A DNA stretch of 64,000 nt from Candidatus Parcubacteria bacterium (lineage in GTDB: Bacteria; Patescibacteriota; Minisyncoccia; Phycocordibacterales; JAKFXT01), in the NCBI GenBank assembly GCA_021414235.1, contig JAIOOV010000004.1, forward strand, positions 36,250 through 100,249, in the 5' to 3' direction. A program made the position numbers and the translations under genes. The notes below the pieces were generated by a model, which saw only the letters and a list, made by a program, of their open reading frames with translations, made no database searches and was not told the DNA's origin. Shown here piece after piece: positions 1 to 8,380 of this stretch (positions are counted from its first letter, which is position 1; the number at the start of each line of letters is the position of its first letter).

Positions 1-567
1 GAAGACCACGCGCACCTTGTCACCCTTACCACGGATAGCCATTTCATCCTTAGAGAGATCGATATCTGCATGAAGGGAACAGAGCTCGGAGACACGGAGA
101 CCCGTAGAGAAGAAGAGCTCTAAGATGGCGCGGTCGCGGAGTGCCTTCACGCTGTCGCCCGAAGGCGCCTTCATCAGACGATTCAGCTCTTCTACGGAGA
201 TGAGGTCAAGGGAGCGCTCGGGAACCTTGGCGAGCTCGATGCGCTCGGGGGCCAGGGAAGTGACCCCGCGTCGCATCAGATACTTAAGGAAGGAACGGAG
301 GGCGATGAGGTAATAGTTCTGTGTCTTCTTCTTGAGCGTATCGCGAGATGAGCGCCCCGCCTTGGCGTGCGGCTCAGCAGGGAGCCGGTTGAGCCAGAGG
401 CGATACTCGCGAAGAGTCTCATCAGTGATCTTCTTGGGATCATCTATCTTGGCGAAACCAAGGAACCGAGTGAGGTAGCGGTCGTAGTTTTCGACCGTCT
501 TGAGGCTCCGACCCTTCTCTATCTCTATATATTCTAGATATTGGCGCTTTAACTCAGAGAGCTTCAT
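1..567 (-). CDS. Tyrosine recombinase, XerC/XerD-like (5' part; runs off window edge)
   Basis: Not in ORF track. Manual translation from ATG at 567: MKLSELKRQYLEYIEIEKGRSLKTVENYDRYL...RDRAILELFFSTGLRVSELCSL...IRGKGDKVRVVF, i.e. Xer N-terminal domain plus catalytic R box and GKG motif. Confidence 0.9.
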   Translation of the reverse strand, partial: MKLSELKRQYLEYIEIEKGRSLKTVENYDRYLTRFLGFAKIDDPKKITDETLREYRLWLNRLPAEPHAKAGRSSRDTLKKKTQNYYLIALRSFLKYLMRRGVTSLAPERIELAKVPERSLDLISVEELNRLMKAPSGDSVKALRDRAILELFFSTGLRVSELCSLHADIDLSKDEMAIRGKGDKVRVVF

Positions 568-602
568 ATGTCGCACAATTCTATCATCTATATAGACAAG
601 CA

Positions 603-876
603 GGTGGGGGATTGTTACGGTTCTAAGAGGTGAGTACGCGGCACCTCATGCCAACCCAAGTGTTGGCCACGCGAGCGCGAGCTTGCAACCCGCTGCGTAA
701 GAAGGAAGGTGACGCTATCCGGATTGACCTTCCCGAAGCGGGGCGGCCGCAACCAGGCCACAGAGCCGTTCCTGCTTGGCACCAAGGGGCCGAGAGTTAG
801 CATCGACGCCCTGCCAGCTGGATTTAGGAAGCTATCCGCCCCGCCCCACCCCCAATCTTCGGAGAAGGGGTGTTTT
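603..876. ncRNA. Unidentified highly structured RNA candidate
   Basis: At least eight nested or serial helices readable by eye (603-609/844-850, 617-624/762-769, 627-632/642-647, 650-655/662-667, 689-694/737-742, 704-710/727-733, 769-773/826-830, 774-780/813-818), then hairpin 847-852/867-872 + TTTT; G-U pairs favour the + strand. Confidence 0.55.
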
Positions 877-887
877 ATATACCGGGA

Positions 888-916
888 TTGCCAAAATAGG
901 CCTTTTCTGCTACTAT
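888..916 (+). promoter_or_regulatory. sigma70-type promoter of rpsO (likely leaderless)
   Basis: TTGCCA 888-893, 17 nt spacer, TACTAT 911-916, ATG 7 nt later at 924, no SD. Confidence 0.7.
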
Positions 917-923
917 TCCGTCA

Positions 924-1187
924 ATGCTTTCGAAGAAGAAAAAGGCAACTGTCATCGGGGAAAGCCGCATCCACCCTACGGATACGGGCTCTCCTGAGGT
1001 CCAGGTCTCCGTGCTCTCGAAGAAAATCGACGAGCTCGCCCTCCATCTCAAGAAGCACCCCAAGGACAAGCACTCCCGCCGCGGGCTCCTCGCCATGGTG
1101 GCAGACCGCCGCACCCACATGGGCTACCTCAAGAAGAAGAGCGAGAAGCGCTACAACGCCCTCGCCAAGAAACTCGAGCTCAAGTAA
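924..1187 (+). CDS. rpsO: 30S ribosomal protein S15
   Basis: DTGSPEVQV...HLKKHPKDKHSRRGLLAMV signature. Confidence 0.98.
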   Translation: MLSKKKKATVIGESRIHPTDTGSPEVQVSVLSKKIDELALHLKKHPKDKHSRRGLLAMVADRRTHMGYLKKKSEKRYNALAKKLELK

Positions 1188-1297
1188 GTCCGTCGACGCG
1201 GGAAGTCGTTTCTTTGATACAATACCCGTAACAGGGGAGTTTCCTCCGTTACAGCAGAGAGCATTTAATAATAGTTAGTACAGCAGTAATTCTTTTT

Positions 1298-1894
1298 ATG
1301 ACCGTCATAAAACACAGCAAGCAGCGCGTCGGTATGTTCATCGACACGCAAAACCTCTATCACAGCGCCAAGAACCTCTATCAGTCCAAAGTTAATTTCG
1401 GCCAAGTCGTGAAGGATGCGGTAGGGGATCGCGCCATCATCCGCGTGGTTGCCTACGTCATCACCACAGAATCAGGTGACGAGCGTAGCTTCTTTGAAGC
1501 CCTCAGCAAACTCGGCATCGAGACCAAGACTAAGGATCTCCAGATATTCTTCGGCGGCGCCAAGAAAGCCGACTGGGACGTAGGCCTCGCGGTCGACGCC
1601 ATCCGCCTCGCCTCCAAACTCGACACTGTTATCCTCGCCTCCGGCGACGGAGACTTTGTACCGCTCGTCGAATACCTTCAGCATATGGGCTGCCAGGTAG
1701 AAGTCGTTGCCTTCGGAAAATCCACTTCCTCCATGTTGAAGGAAGCCACCGATGACTTCCTCGATCTCTGCGACGATCCGCAGCGCTACCTCCTCTCGCC
1801 AGCACTCCGCCGCCGCGCGCCGGCAGCAGGACCCGCGACAACCGATCGTCGAGTGCGCAATGCTCCGGCACCTGCACCGCTCGAGAGGGAATAG
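1298..1894 (+). CDS. NYN domain protein (LabA/DUF88 family)
   Basis: FIDTQNLY, KADWDVGLAVD, LASGDGDFVPLV motifs. Confidence 0.92.
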   Translation: MTVIKHSKQRVGMFIDTQNLYHSAKNLYQSKVNFGQVVKDAVGDRAIIRVVAYVITTESGDERSFFEALSKLGIETKTKDLQIFFGGAKKADWDVGLAVDAIRLASKLDTVILASGDGDFVPLVEYLQHMGCQVEVVAFGKSTSSMLKEATDDFLDLCDDPQRYLLSPALRRRAPAAGPATTDRRVRNAPAPAPLERE

Positions 1895-1912
1895 GACGAG
1901 ATTCCAATCCAA

Positions 1913-1948
1913 TAAAAATACGCGCGGCTCACGCCGCGCGTATTTTTA
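1913..1948. terminator. Bidirectional intrinsic terminator
   Basis: TAAAAATACGCGCGGC-tcac-GCCGCGCGTATTTTTA perfect inverted repeat. Confidence 0.85.
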
Positions 1949-2142
1949 TATCTTCTGCATCATCTCTCACGACGCCATGGGTGACTGGGCGAATCCGTTA
2001 CACAAGAGAGAAACGGCTATGCATAAGGAGGACATCGGCGCGTTACCACAGTAAGACCGACCCGCGCCGCCACAGTGAAAGAGATGGTTCGCGAGCTTTC
2101 CTCTCACTTAAAGAGCGGAGCGCGAGTGATATAATGTGCGCA

Positions 2143-3063
2143 ATGGATCCTGAGACTCCCGACAACAACCAAGTTCCTTCCACTCCACCCATCACCAATT
2201 CACTCCGCACCATCCGTACACTAAAAGGGGACGTGGAGGCTGGCATGGCCCAAGGCAAGACGACCGTGGTCTCTATGGCCGCAGCGGAAACAGAACGACG
2301 CGCACGAGAAGCCACGTTCTTCGAGAATAAAGCGACGGAGCCCATGCGCAAGGCGAAGATTGTCGGCTTCTTTCTTCTCGCTCTCGGCACGATCGTCATC
2401 GCAGGTGGCCTCTTCTACTATTTTGTAAACAACCAAGCATCGGAAGATCCGCAGGCGCGCATCCTTCCGCCGGACTACATCTACAGCGAGCAGTTTCGTC
2501 TTCTCAACCTAAACAACGCTTCGGGCGATCAGGTGGTAACGGAACTCGGACGCGCACGACAAGAAACGACGGGACAGCTCGGCTCAATTGCAGCAATCAT
2601 TCCCATCGAAACAGGAAGCGGAGTATCGCGCGCGCTCACGGGCGACGAACTCCTGACACGACTCGACCCGCAGGCGCCGCAAGAAGTCACCCGCACCCTC
2701 CAAGGACCCTTCCTCTTCGGCGTGCATGTCTTCGACGGCAACCAGCCTTTCCTCATCTTGAAACCCGACGCGTACGAGACGTCATTCGCCGGGATGCTCG
2801 CGTGGGAGAGTTCTCTTCCGTTCCGTCTCGGACGCGCTCTCCGTCCCGCTGCAGATTGGACCAACGCTTCTTCCTCTCTCACTTCGGTCACCTGGAACGA
2901 TATGGTGATCAGCAACAAGGACGCACGAGTACTCCGCTCCAAAGAAGGGAAGACGCTGCTTCTCTACAGTTTCATCGATCGTTCCACCCTAGTGATCACT
3001 ACCAACGAACAGACCTTCGGTGAGATCGTCCGCCGCATCAGCCTGGTACGCGCGACGCAATAG
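2143..3063 (+). CDS. Hypothetical single-pass membrane protein (CPR-type)
   Basis: One TM segment (IVGFFLLALGTIVIAGGLFYYF); start moved to ATG 2143, 7 nt after TATAAT 2130-2135. Confidence 0.8.
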   Translation: MDPETPDNNQVPSTPPITNSLRTIRTLKGDVEAGMAQGKTTVVSMAAAETERRAREATFFENKATEPMRKAKIVGFFLLALGTIVIAGGLFYYFVNNQASEDPQARILPPDYIYSEQFRLLNLNNASGDQVVTELGRARQETTGQLGSIAAIIPIETGSGVSRALTGDELLTRLDPQAPQEVTRTLQGPFLFGVHVFDGNQPFLILKPDAYETSFAGMLAWESSLPFRLGRALRPAADWTNASSSLTSVTWNDMVISNKDARVLRSKEGKTLLLYSFIDRSTLVITTNEQTFGEIVRRISLVRATQ

Positions 3064-3105
3064 GGAATGGATTGCAGGAGCAAGATCGTTTGTTATCATT
3101 ACCCC

Positions 3106-3471
3106 ATGTCTATAGATACCGCACACTTCAAATCCGCACTCGAGAAAGAACTTGCCCTCGTCGAAGGAGAACTTCAGAGCGTCGGTCGTAAGAACCCGGA
3201 CAACGAGAAAGACTGGGAAGCCAAGCCTGCCGACTTTGAATCTCCTGCCGGAGATGACACCGTGGACCAGGCTGACGTCATCGAGGAGTTCGGTACTAAT
3301 GCTGGCATCGTGAAGCAGCTCGAGATCCGCTACAACGAAATTAAGGAAGCACTCAAGCGTATCGAGGAGGGAACCTACGGCGTCTGCCGCGTCAGCGGGG
3401 AACCTATAGAAGAGGCGAGGCTCGAAGCGAACCCTGCCGCAACCACGTGCATGGCTCACGTAGAGGAATAG
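3106..3471 (+). CDS. DksA/TraR family protein
   Basis: DxxDxA coiled-coil tip (DTVDQA), ALKRIEEGTYGVC...IEEARLEANPAATTC; start at ATG 3106 after TGnTATCAT. Confidence 0.9.
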   Translation: MSIDTAHFKSALEKELALVEGELQSVGRKNPDNEKDWEAKPADFESPAGDDTVDQADVIEEFGTNAGIVKQLEIRYNEIKEALKRIEEGTYGVCRVSGEPIEEARLEANPAATTCMAHVEE

Positions 3472-3602
3472 GGGAAGTTATACGAAACTTCTGAAGAGGC
3501 GCCCCGAGAGGGGCGTTTTTGGTATGACCGATGGATCTCTCGATAGCTCGTACGAAAAAACCGCGCCTTCGCGCGGCTCTTTCTTCCTTACATAAAAAAT
3601 CT

Positions 3603-4604
3603 CTAGAACGGATTCGCCGCGCCGCGAACCTCGAAGTGGAGGTGGGGACCGGTAGACTTGCCCGAGTTACCGACAGCGCCGATGACCTGACCCTTCTCCA
3701 CATACGCACCCTGGAAGACAAGGTTTGCGCTGAGGTGGGCGTAGAGGGTCTGCGTATTATTCGGATGCTTGATAACGACATAGCTGCCATAGCCGCCGTT
3801 GTAACCGTAGTTGCGGCTCACGATGACCTGACCACCGGCAGCAGCGTAGACAGAGGAACCGTAGGTAGCAGCGAGGTCCACTCCGTTGTAGCCATGGAGC
3901 CCCTGGCTGCGAACACCACTCTTGACCGGACGGGTGTAGTAGCCGGCAAGCGCGGGGCCGCTGCCTTTGATCTTCGGCTTCACGCCACTCGAAGCAGGCT
4001 TAGGAGCGGACACTTCGCCATCCGGGATCATGATGGTCTCGCCCACGACGAGCTTGGCGTCCTCGGAAAGCTCGTTGAACTGAGCTATTTCAGATATATC
4101 CCCCTTGTACTTCTTAGCGACGCTCTCCAAGGTGTCGCCCTTCACTATGGTGTGCTGCACGCCAGAAACGGGGAGAATGATGAGCTGGTCGCCTGCCTTC
4201 ACTGTGCGACTCTTAAGATCATTGGCCCACGTGATGGTGTTCACGGAGACTCCGAAAAGCTTGGCGATATCGGCTAAAGTGTCGCCTTCACGGACTACAT
4301 AGACGCTGATGTGGTCGGGGTTCACTTCGCGCTCCTCCACGTCGCGGATGGTGCCGGAAGGACCGTTCTCCGCAAGGAGGGCGCTGCCCACAATAGTGAT
4401 GTCGCCGCCGCCCTTGGCCGGATTCGGGTCCACATTCACCGCCGCCTGGAGAAGAGGCATGGTCTGGACGTTCATGGGCTTCTCCGGGACCACTACCACC
4501 TTGGGTTTATCAAAAAGAAGGGGAATGAGCGGGAAAAAGGCCGCCTCTGCCGGGAGAGGGAGGCCGGAAATGAAAAGGGCGGCGGCCAGGAAGGCGGTCG
4601 TCAC
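3603..4604 (-). CDS. LysM x2 + M23 family peptidase
   Basis: YVVREGDTLADIA and HTIVKGDTLESVA LysM repeats; GVDLA, YAHL, STGPHLHFEV M23 motifs. Confidence 0.93.
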   Translation of the reverse strand: MTTAFLAAALFISGLPLPAEAAFFPLIPLLFDKPKVVVVPEKPMNVQTMPLLQAAVNVDPNPAKGGGDITIVGSALLAENGPSGTIRDVEEREVNPDHISVYVVREGDTLADIAKLFGVSVNTITWANDLKSRTVKAGDQLIILPVSGVQHTIVKGDTLESVAKKYKGDISEIAQFNELSEDAKLVVGETIMIPDGEVSAPKPASSGVKPKIKGSGPALAGYYTRPVKSGVRSQGLHGYNGVDLAATYGSSVYAAAGGQVIVSRNYGYNGGYGSYVVIKHPNNTQTLYAHLSANLVFQGAYVEKGQVIGAVGNSGKSTGPHLHFEVRGAANPF

Positions 4605-4817
4605 TGTTCTATATGTCGTCCCGTAGGCCGCAAGGGAGGAAGTCGGGTGCGGACGGGAGTCCTGGGAGAGGGTCGAAATAGGTCTATTCTTAGGGGAATG
4701 CGCGGTCGTGCAATCGGTTTATATGGCTTAATAGAGCCATATAATAGGAATATCGTTCGTTCGGACCTATCCACTATACCCTCCCCCCAGGGTTAGTCAA
4801 TCGACAAAAAGACCCCC

Positions 4818-4826
4818 TGTGGATAA
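4818..4826 (-). promoter_or_regulatory. Perfect DnaA box
   Basis: TGTGGATAA (= TTATCCACA) in the divergent intergenic region. Confidence 0.5.
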
Positions 4827-4862
4827 GCCCGAGATGAAGGTTTTTACCCTTTCAAAGGTACA

Positions 4863-7800
4863 ATGGAGTCACTTATGAAGCCTAAAGAGGTCTCGCCTCA
4901 GCCTGCTCCTCTCGAACTCATTCCGCATGGCGCCATCGCCAAGGGAAAGTACGAGGAAATGTTCCAGAGATTGAATAGGATAGAGGCAGAAACCGGCATC
5001 CACCCCGGAAACGAGGTCGTCGAGCTATGGAAGAAGGTTGATGAGAACAACGACAAGATCGAGGAACTCGACAAACAAGCACAAGAGAGCGAAGGTCAGC
5101 ACGAAATCAGCCAGGCTCTCCTGGAGATAGAGAGGTTGGGCAAGGAGAACGACACCTTGTTCCCTGAAGTACTACGAAGATACAAAACCCTCCTTGTCTC
5201 CAAAGGTATCGACACTGACGCAGTGTTCGAGCCGTATGAAAAAGGCCTGCTCACCCCCGGGGAGACGGGTGTGGCCCTAAAAAAGGAAAGGAAGGGGAGA
5301 GAGGAAGCAGCGACATCTCCAGAGGCGGCTATCGCTCAAGGGAGATTTCAAGAGATGCTCCAGCGAATAGATAATCTGGTCAAAGAAACCGAAGTACCAA
5401 CAGAAAGAGAAGCACTTCGTTTGTGGCTCGTCATCAATAAGAACAATGAAAAGATCAAGAGGTTATTCAGAGAAGCTGAAACCGACGGACCTTCACCTGA
5501 AACCGAAAGGAAGATCCTAGAGACAAGGAAGCTCGGGGAAGAGAATGATCTGCTTTTTGCTGATTTCCTAAAGGCATACGCAAACAGCCTTACGTCTGCG
5601 GGTATCGACCCTGAGACAGCATTCGGCCCTCGGGAGAAGGGAATCCTCGCCAGAGCCAACCAGGCTGAAGGGCAGGCTGTAGATGGACAGCCGGAGACCG
5701 GTATCCCGGCTCAAGCAGACCCCCAAGCTACAGCTGCGGTTGAAACCAAGCTTACCAGGCTCGAAACGACAAAAAGAAGCCTAGAAAAAGAAGAGGAGGC
5801 CGCTCCGGCTACCCGCGAAGAGATATATGCTCGTTACAAAGCGACCCTCAAGAAGCGCATGCGGGAGGAATCCGATGCGCGCGCAAAGAAGGGTTTCCTT
5901 AAGCAGCTAGGCGCAAGCGATAAAAAAATCTCTCAGAACGCAGAGGATACGAATGGCGTATCGGATCTCAAGAGGCAATATCTTGAGCAGACGGAAGAAT
6001 ATATACAAGAAGAGCGTCGTCGGATAAGGACAGAGGCGGAGGCGGCTGCAGGAGAGAACGATACGCTGTATTTTGAAAAGATTGCTCAAGAACAGGATAG
6101 GAGGGAGCAGAGCATCAGGGCCGCAGCCGCAGAAGATATGTATCGTGCGCGCATAGAAGCTCGGACCGAGATCCTTCCAACGAAAGCGCGGGAGACAGTT
6201 AGGAAGGGAGCTGAATCCTTCGCTCGCTTCAATAAGAAGCACCCGTCAGTCAAATATGTCGTGGGTGGAACTGCGATTTTTGCCGGAGCGGGAATAGCGA
6301 GCACTGTCGGCATCGCTCCTGCCCTGACTGCAGGCGTCTTCGCGACCCGGTGGGCTGGAGCCTCTCTGGCTATCTATCTCGGATTAGCTCCCAAGATGAT
6401 GGCACGGAGGGATAAGAAACGCGAAGCGGGGAAACAAACAGCGATAGAGGAGTACCGCCAAAAATTCCAAGAGAAGCTAGCCCTCCTGAAGACCCAAGAG
6501 GAAGTGGATGAAGCCTGGGAAGATCTCCAGAAGAAAGAGAAGTGGTACGACACCAAGACCAGGCTCCTCGGCATGAGAGACACCGCTCTTGCAAGCGCAG
6601 CTATCGGAGGCGGACTAACCGGCGGATTCAGCTGGTGGTTCTTCGGAGGAAACGGGGGAGTCGCAACAGAGGCAATCACAAGCACTGTTAACAACGTCCC
6701 GTCGACACCTGGTATTTCCCGTATTTCACACGAAGGGATGTTGGGAGGTGAGCCCACAGAGGCGCCGCCGCGTGCGACAGCAAATATCCCCGAGTCGCCA
6801 CGAAGAGCTCCGATCACCCGGGGGGTCGCTCCGACTATCACCGCTGATACTCCTAACCTGACCGCCGCATGGCAGGGGATTAATCCAGAGGGAATACTAG
6901 AGGAGCCGCGAGAAACCCCTGCTCCGTCGATACCGCCCTCACCAGACTCGGTCATCCGTAGTCCACGGCCAGAAAACATCGACGCTAACCCAGGAGAACC
7001 CCGTCCGAATGAGCCGCAATTCCCGGCACGTACGACAAGAGGAGTGGCTGGAGAATCCCCCGAACCCGGAATGGTGCCTCCGATCGTCCCGGAGAAGTCT
7101 GGCCCCATCATCCACAAGCTCGGCAAAGGGGAAGGAGTCATCAAGAGCCTCGAGCTCGAGGCCAAGAAGCTCGGCCTCTTCAAGAATCTGCCAGGCAAGG
7201 AAGCTCAGACTAATTTCATACAGAATCGCTACGCGATGATGAAGGGCTTCACTCCGGAGCAGCTGAAAGAAATTGCTACCCAGCCGAACGGAAGAGTAGC
7301 CGACCTCAATAACCTCAAAGCAGGGGAGCAGCTTAACCTTACGCGCTTCTTCGAGGACCAGACTTCCGTGGATAAAGGTTTGGCTAGAAGCGCCAGCCTC
7401 AGCCCAGAAGAGATCCGACAGATCGGGGAGAACAACAAAATTATTGCGGAAAGGGTCGCAGAGTGGAAAGAGATGAATCCTGGAAAGAGGATTGGGGACG
7501 CGAATATAGAGAACATGCTCAAACCGAAGGCTTCTCTGCCAGGCCTGGAGACCGGAGAAGTCCCGGGGGACACCGATCTCTTACCAGGCGTCGAAACAGA
7601 GCCGTCTTCTGCCTCCCTTGATAAGGAACCTGTCATCCTGGGGTCAGAAGTCCAAGCCGCCTACGCCAGCTATCTGGATCAGAAATTCCCCTCAAGATCA
7701 TTCTGGTCGTTCTTACCCTGGGATAAGAAAGGAGTTGATTCACTAGAATGGTCGCAGGCTCGCAACTTTAGCGCCCTAGAGGTCGACAAATTCAAAGGAG

Positions 7801-8030
7801 TGTACGGAGGCTCAGGAGGCAAGGACGGGGGCGCCTATTACGGGAAAGTCGGTCCAAGCATTCTCCGATCCCAAGATTTCTCTAAGATCCAAGAGGTCGT
7901 CGCGGAGCTCAAAGAACGCTCTGGTCTTGTTCCTGACAAGACAGAAACCGTCGAGGAGTTCGCGAAGCGAGCGGTCGAAGAGACCTTCCTTAACGCGCTG
8001 CCGGGCAAACCTACTTATTACACATCATGA
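4863..8030 (+). CDS. Large hypothetical membrane protein with N-terminal tandem helical repeat, Pro-rich linker and degenerate LysM-like module
   Basis: 1055 aa ORF (start may be ATG 4875); two ~110 aa similar units; hydrophobic stretches around aa 460-510 and 575-595; HKLGKGEGV...DLNNLKAGEQLNL. Confidence 0.8.
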   Translation: MESLMKPKEVSPQPAPLELIPHGAIAKGKYEEMFQRLNRIEAETGIHPGNEVVELWKKVDENNDKIEELDKQAQESEGQHEISQALLEIERLGKENDTLFPEVLRRYKTLLVSKGIDTDAVFEPYEKGLLTPGETGVALKKERKGREEAATSPEAAIAQGRFQEMLQRIDNLVKETEVPTEREALRLWLVINKNNEKIKRLFREAETDGPSPETERKILETRKLGEENDLLFADFLKAYANSLTSAGIDPETAFGPREKGILARANQAEGQAVDGQPETGIPAQADPQATAAVETKLTRLETTKRSLEKEEEAAPATREEIYARYKATLKKRMREESDARAKKGFLKQLGASDKKISQNAEDTNGVSDLKRQYLEQTEEYIQEERRRIRTEAEAAAGENDTLYFEKIAQEQDRREQSIRAAAAEDMYRARIEARTEILPTKARETVRKGAESFARFNKKHPSVKYVVGGTAIFAGAGIASTVGIAPALTAGVFATRWAGASLAIYLGLAPKMMARRDKKREAGKQTAIEEYRQKFQEKLALLKTQEEVDEAWEDLQKKEKWYDTKTRLLGMRDTALASAAIGGGLTGGFSWWFFGGNGGVATEAITSTVNNVPSTPGISRISHEGMLGGEPTEAPPRATANIPESPRRAPITRGVAPTITADTPNLTAAWQGINPEGILEEPRETPAPSIPPSPDSVIRSPRPENIDANPGEPRPNEPQFPARTTRGVAGESPEPGMVPPIVPEKSGPIIHKLGKGEGVIKSLELEAKKLGLFKNLPGKEAQTNFIQNRYAMMKGFTPEQLKEIATQPNGRVADLNNLKAGEQLNLTRFFEDQTSVDKGLARSASLSPEEIRQIGENNKIIAERVAEWKEMNPGKRIGDANIENMLKPKASLPGLETGEVPGDTDLLPGVETEPSSASLDKEPVILGSEVQAAYASYLDQKFPSRSFWSFLPWDKKGVDSLEWSQARNFSALEVDKFKGVYGGSGGKDGGAYYGKVGPSILRSQDFSKIQEVVAELKERSGLVPDKTETVEEFAKRAVEETFLNALPGKPTYYTS

Positions 8031-8341
8031 TCGCTGCTATTAAAAAAGACCTCCTGAAGAGCCTCGGCATCGACAAGCTCACCTCGGCGGAACAAGAGAA
8101 CATCCTTGAGCGCATCAGCAATCTCATATTCCAAGGAGTGCTCACTCGCGCCATGCAGGAGCTTTCCATCGAAGAACGCGCGACGCTCGATAAGGTGCTG
8201 AAAGCACAAGAGAAAGACCCTGACTCAGACACCCTCTACCTCTACCTCAAAGAAAAAATCCCGCATCTCGACGAAGTAGTGGAGGAAGAGATAGAGGAAT
8301 TCAAAGAAGAATTCATCGGCACCATGAAAGCCCTCTCCTGA
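8027..8341 (+). CDS. Small helical CPR protein (DUF5663-like)
   Basis: LGIDKL...EQENILERI...YLKEKIPHLDEVVEEEI pattern; ATGA overlap with upstream gene. Confidence 0.7.
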   Translation: MIAAIKKDLLKSLGIDKLTSAEQENILERISNLIFQGVLTRAMQELSIEERATLDKVLKAQEKDPDSDTLYLYLKEKIPHLDEVVEEEIEEFKEEFIGTMKALS

Positions 8342-8380
8342 GCAAAACATCGTAAAGGGGCACTGTGATAGACTCTGCAA

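Noticed and set aside
1-567. Recombinase as evidence of a prophage or integron
   Set aside because: Looks like a chromosomal Xer; no phage genes or attC arrays nearby; the gene is cut by the window edge
603-876. Calling the structured RNA tmRNA (including permuted form), RNase P or SRP
   Set aside because: GGGGCCGA...ATCGAC at 786-807 resembles a tmRNA 5' end, but there is no matching T-arm, G-U acceptor or CCA end; RNase P and SRP signatures are absent on both strands
709-1278. 189 aa ORF overlapping rpsO, and other long alternative-frame or antisense ORFs (e.g. 23325-24698, 16940-17773, 15743-16495, 6374-7198)
   Set aside because: Shadow ORFs of well-supported genes in GC-rich sequence, with no family motifs
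1950-2125. Intergenic stretch with short hairpins (CGGCGCG/CGCGCCG, CCGTT/AACGG, AGTGA/TCACT)
   Set aside because: Helices are short and unlinked and there is no convincing ORF, promoter or terminator; cannot be told from chance
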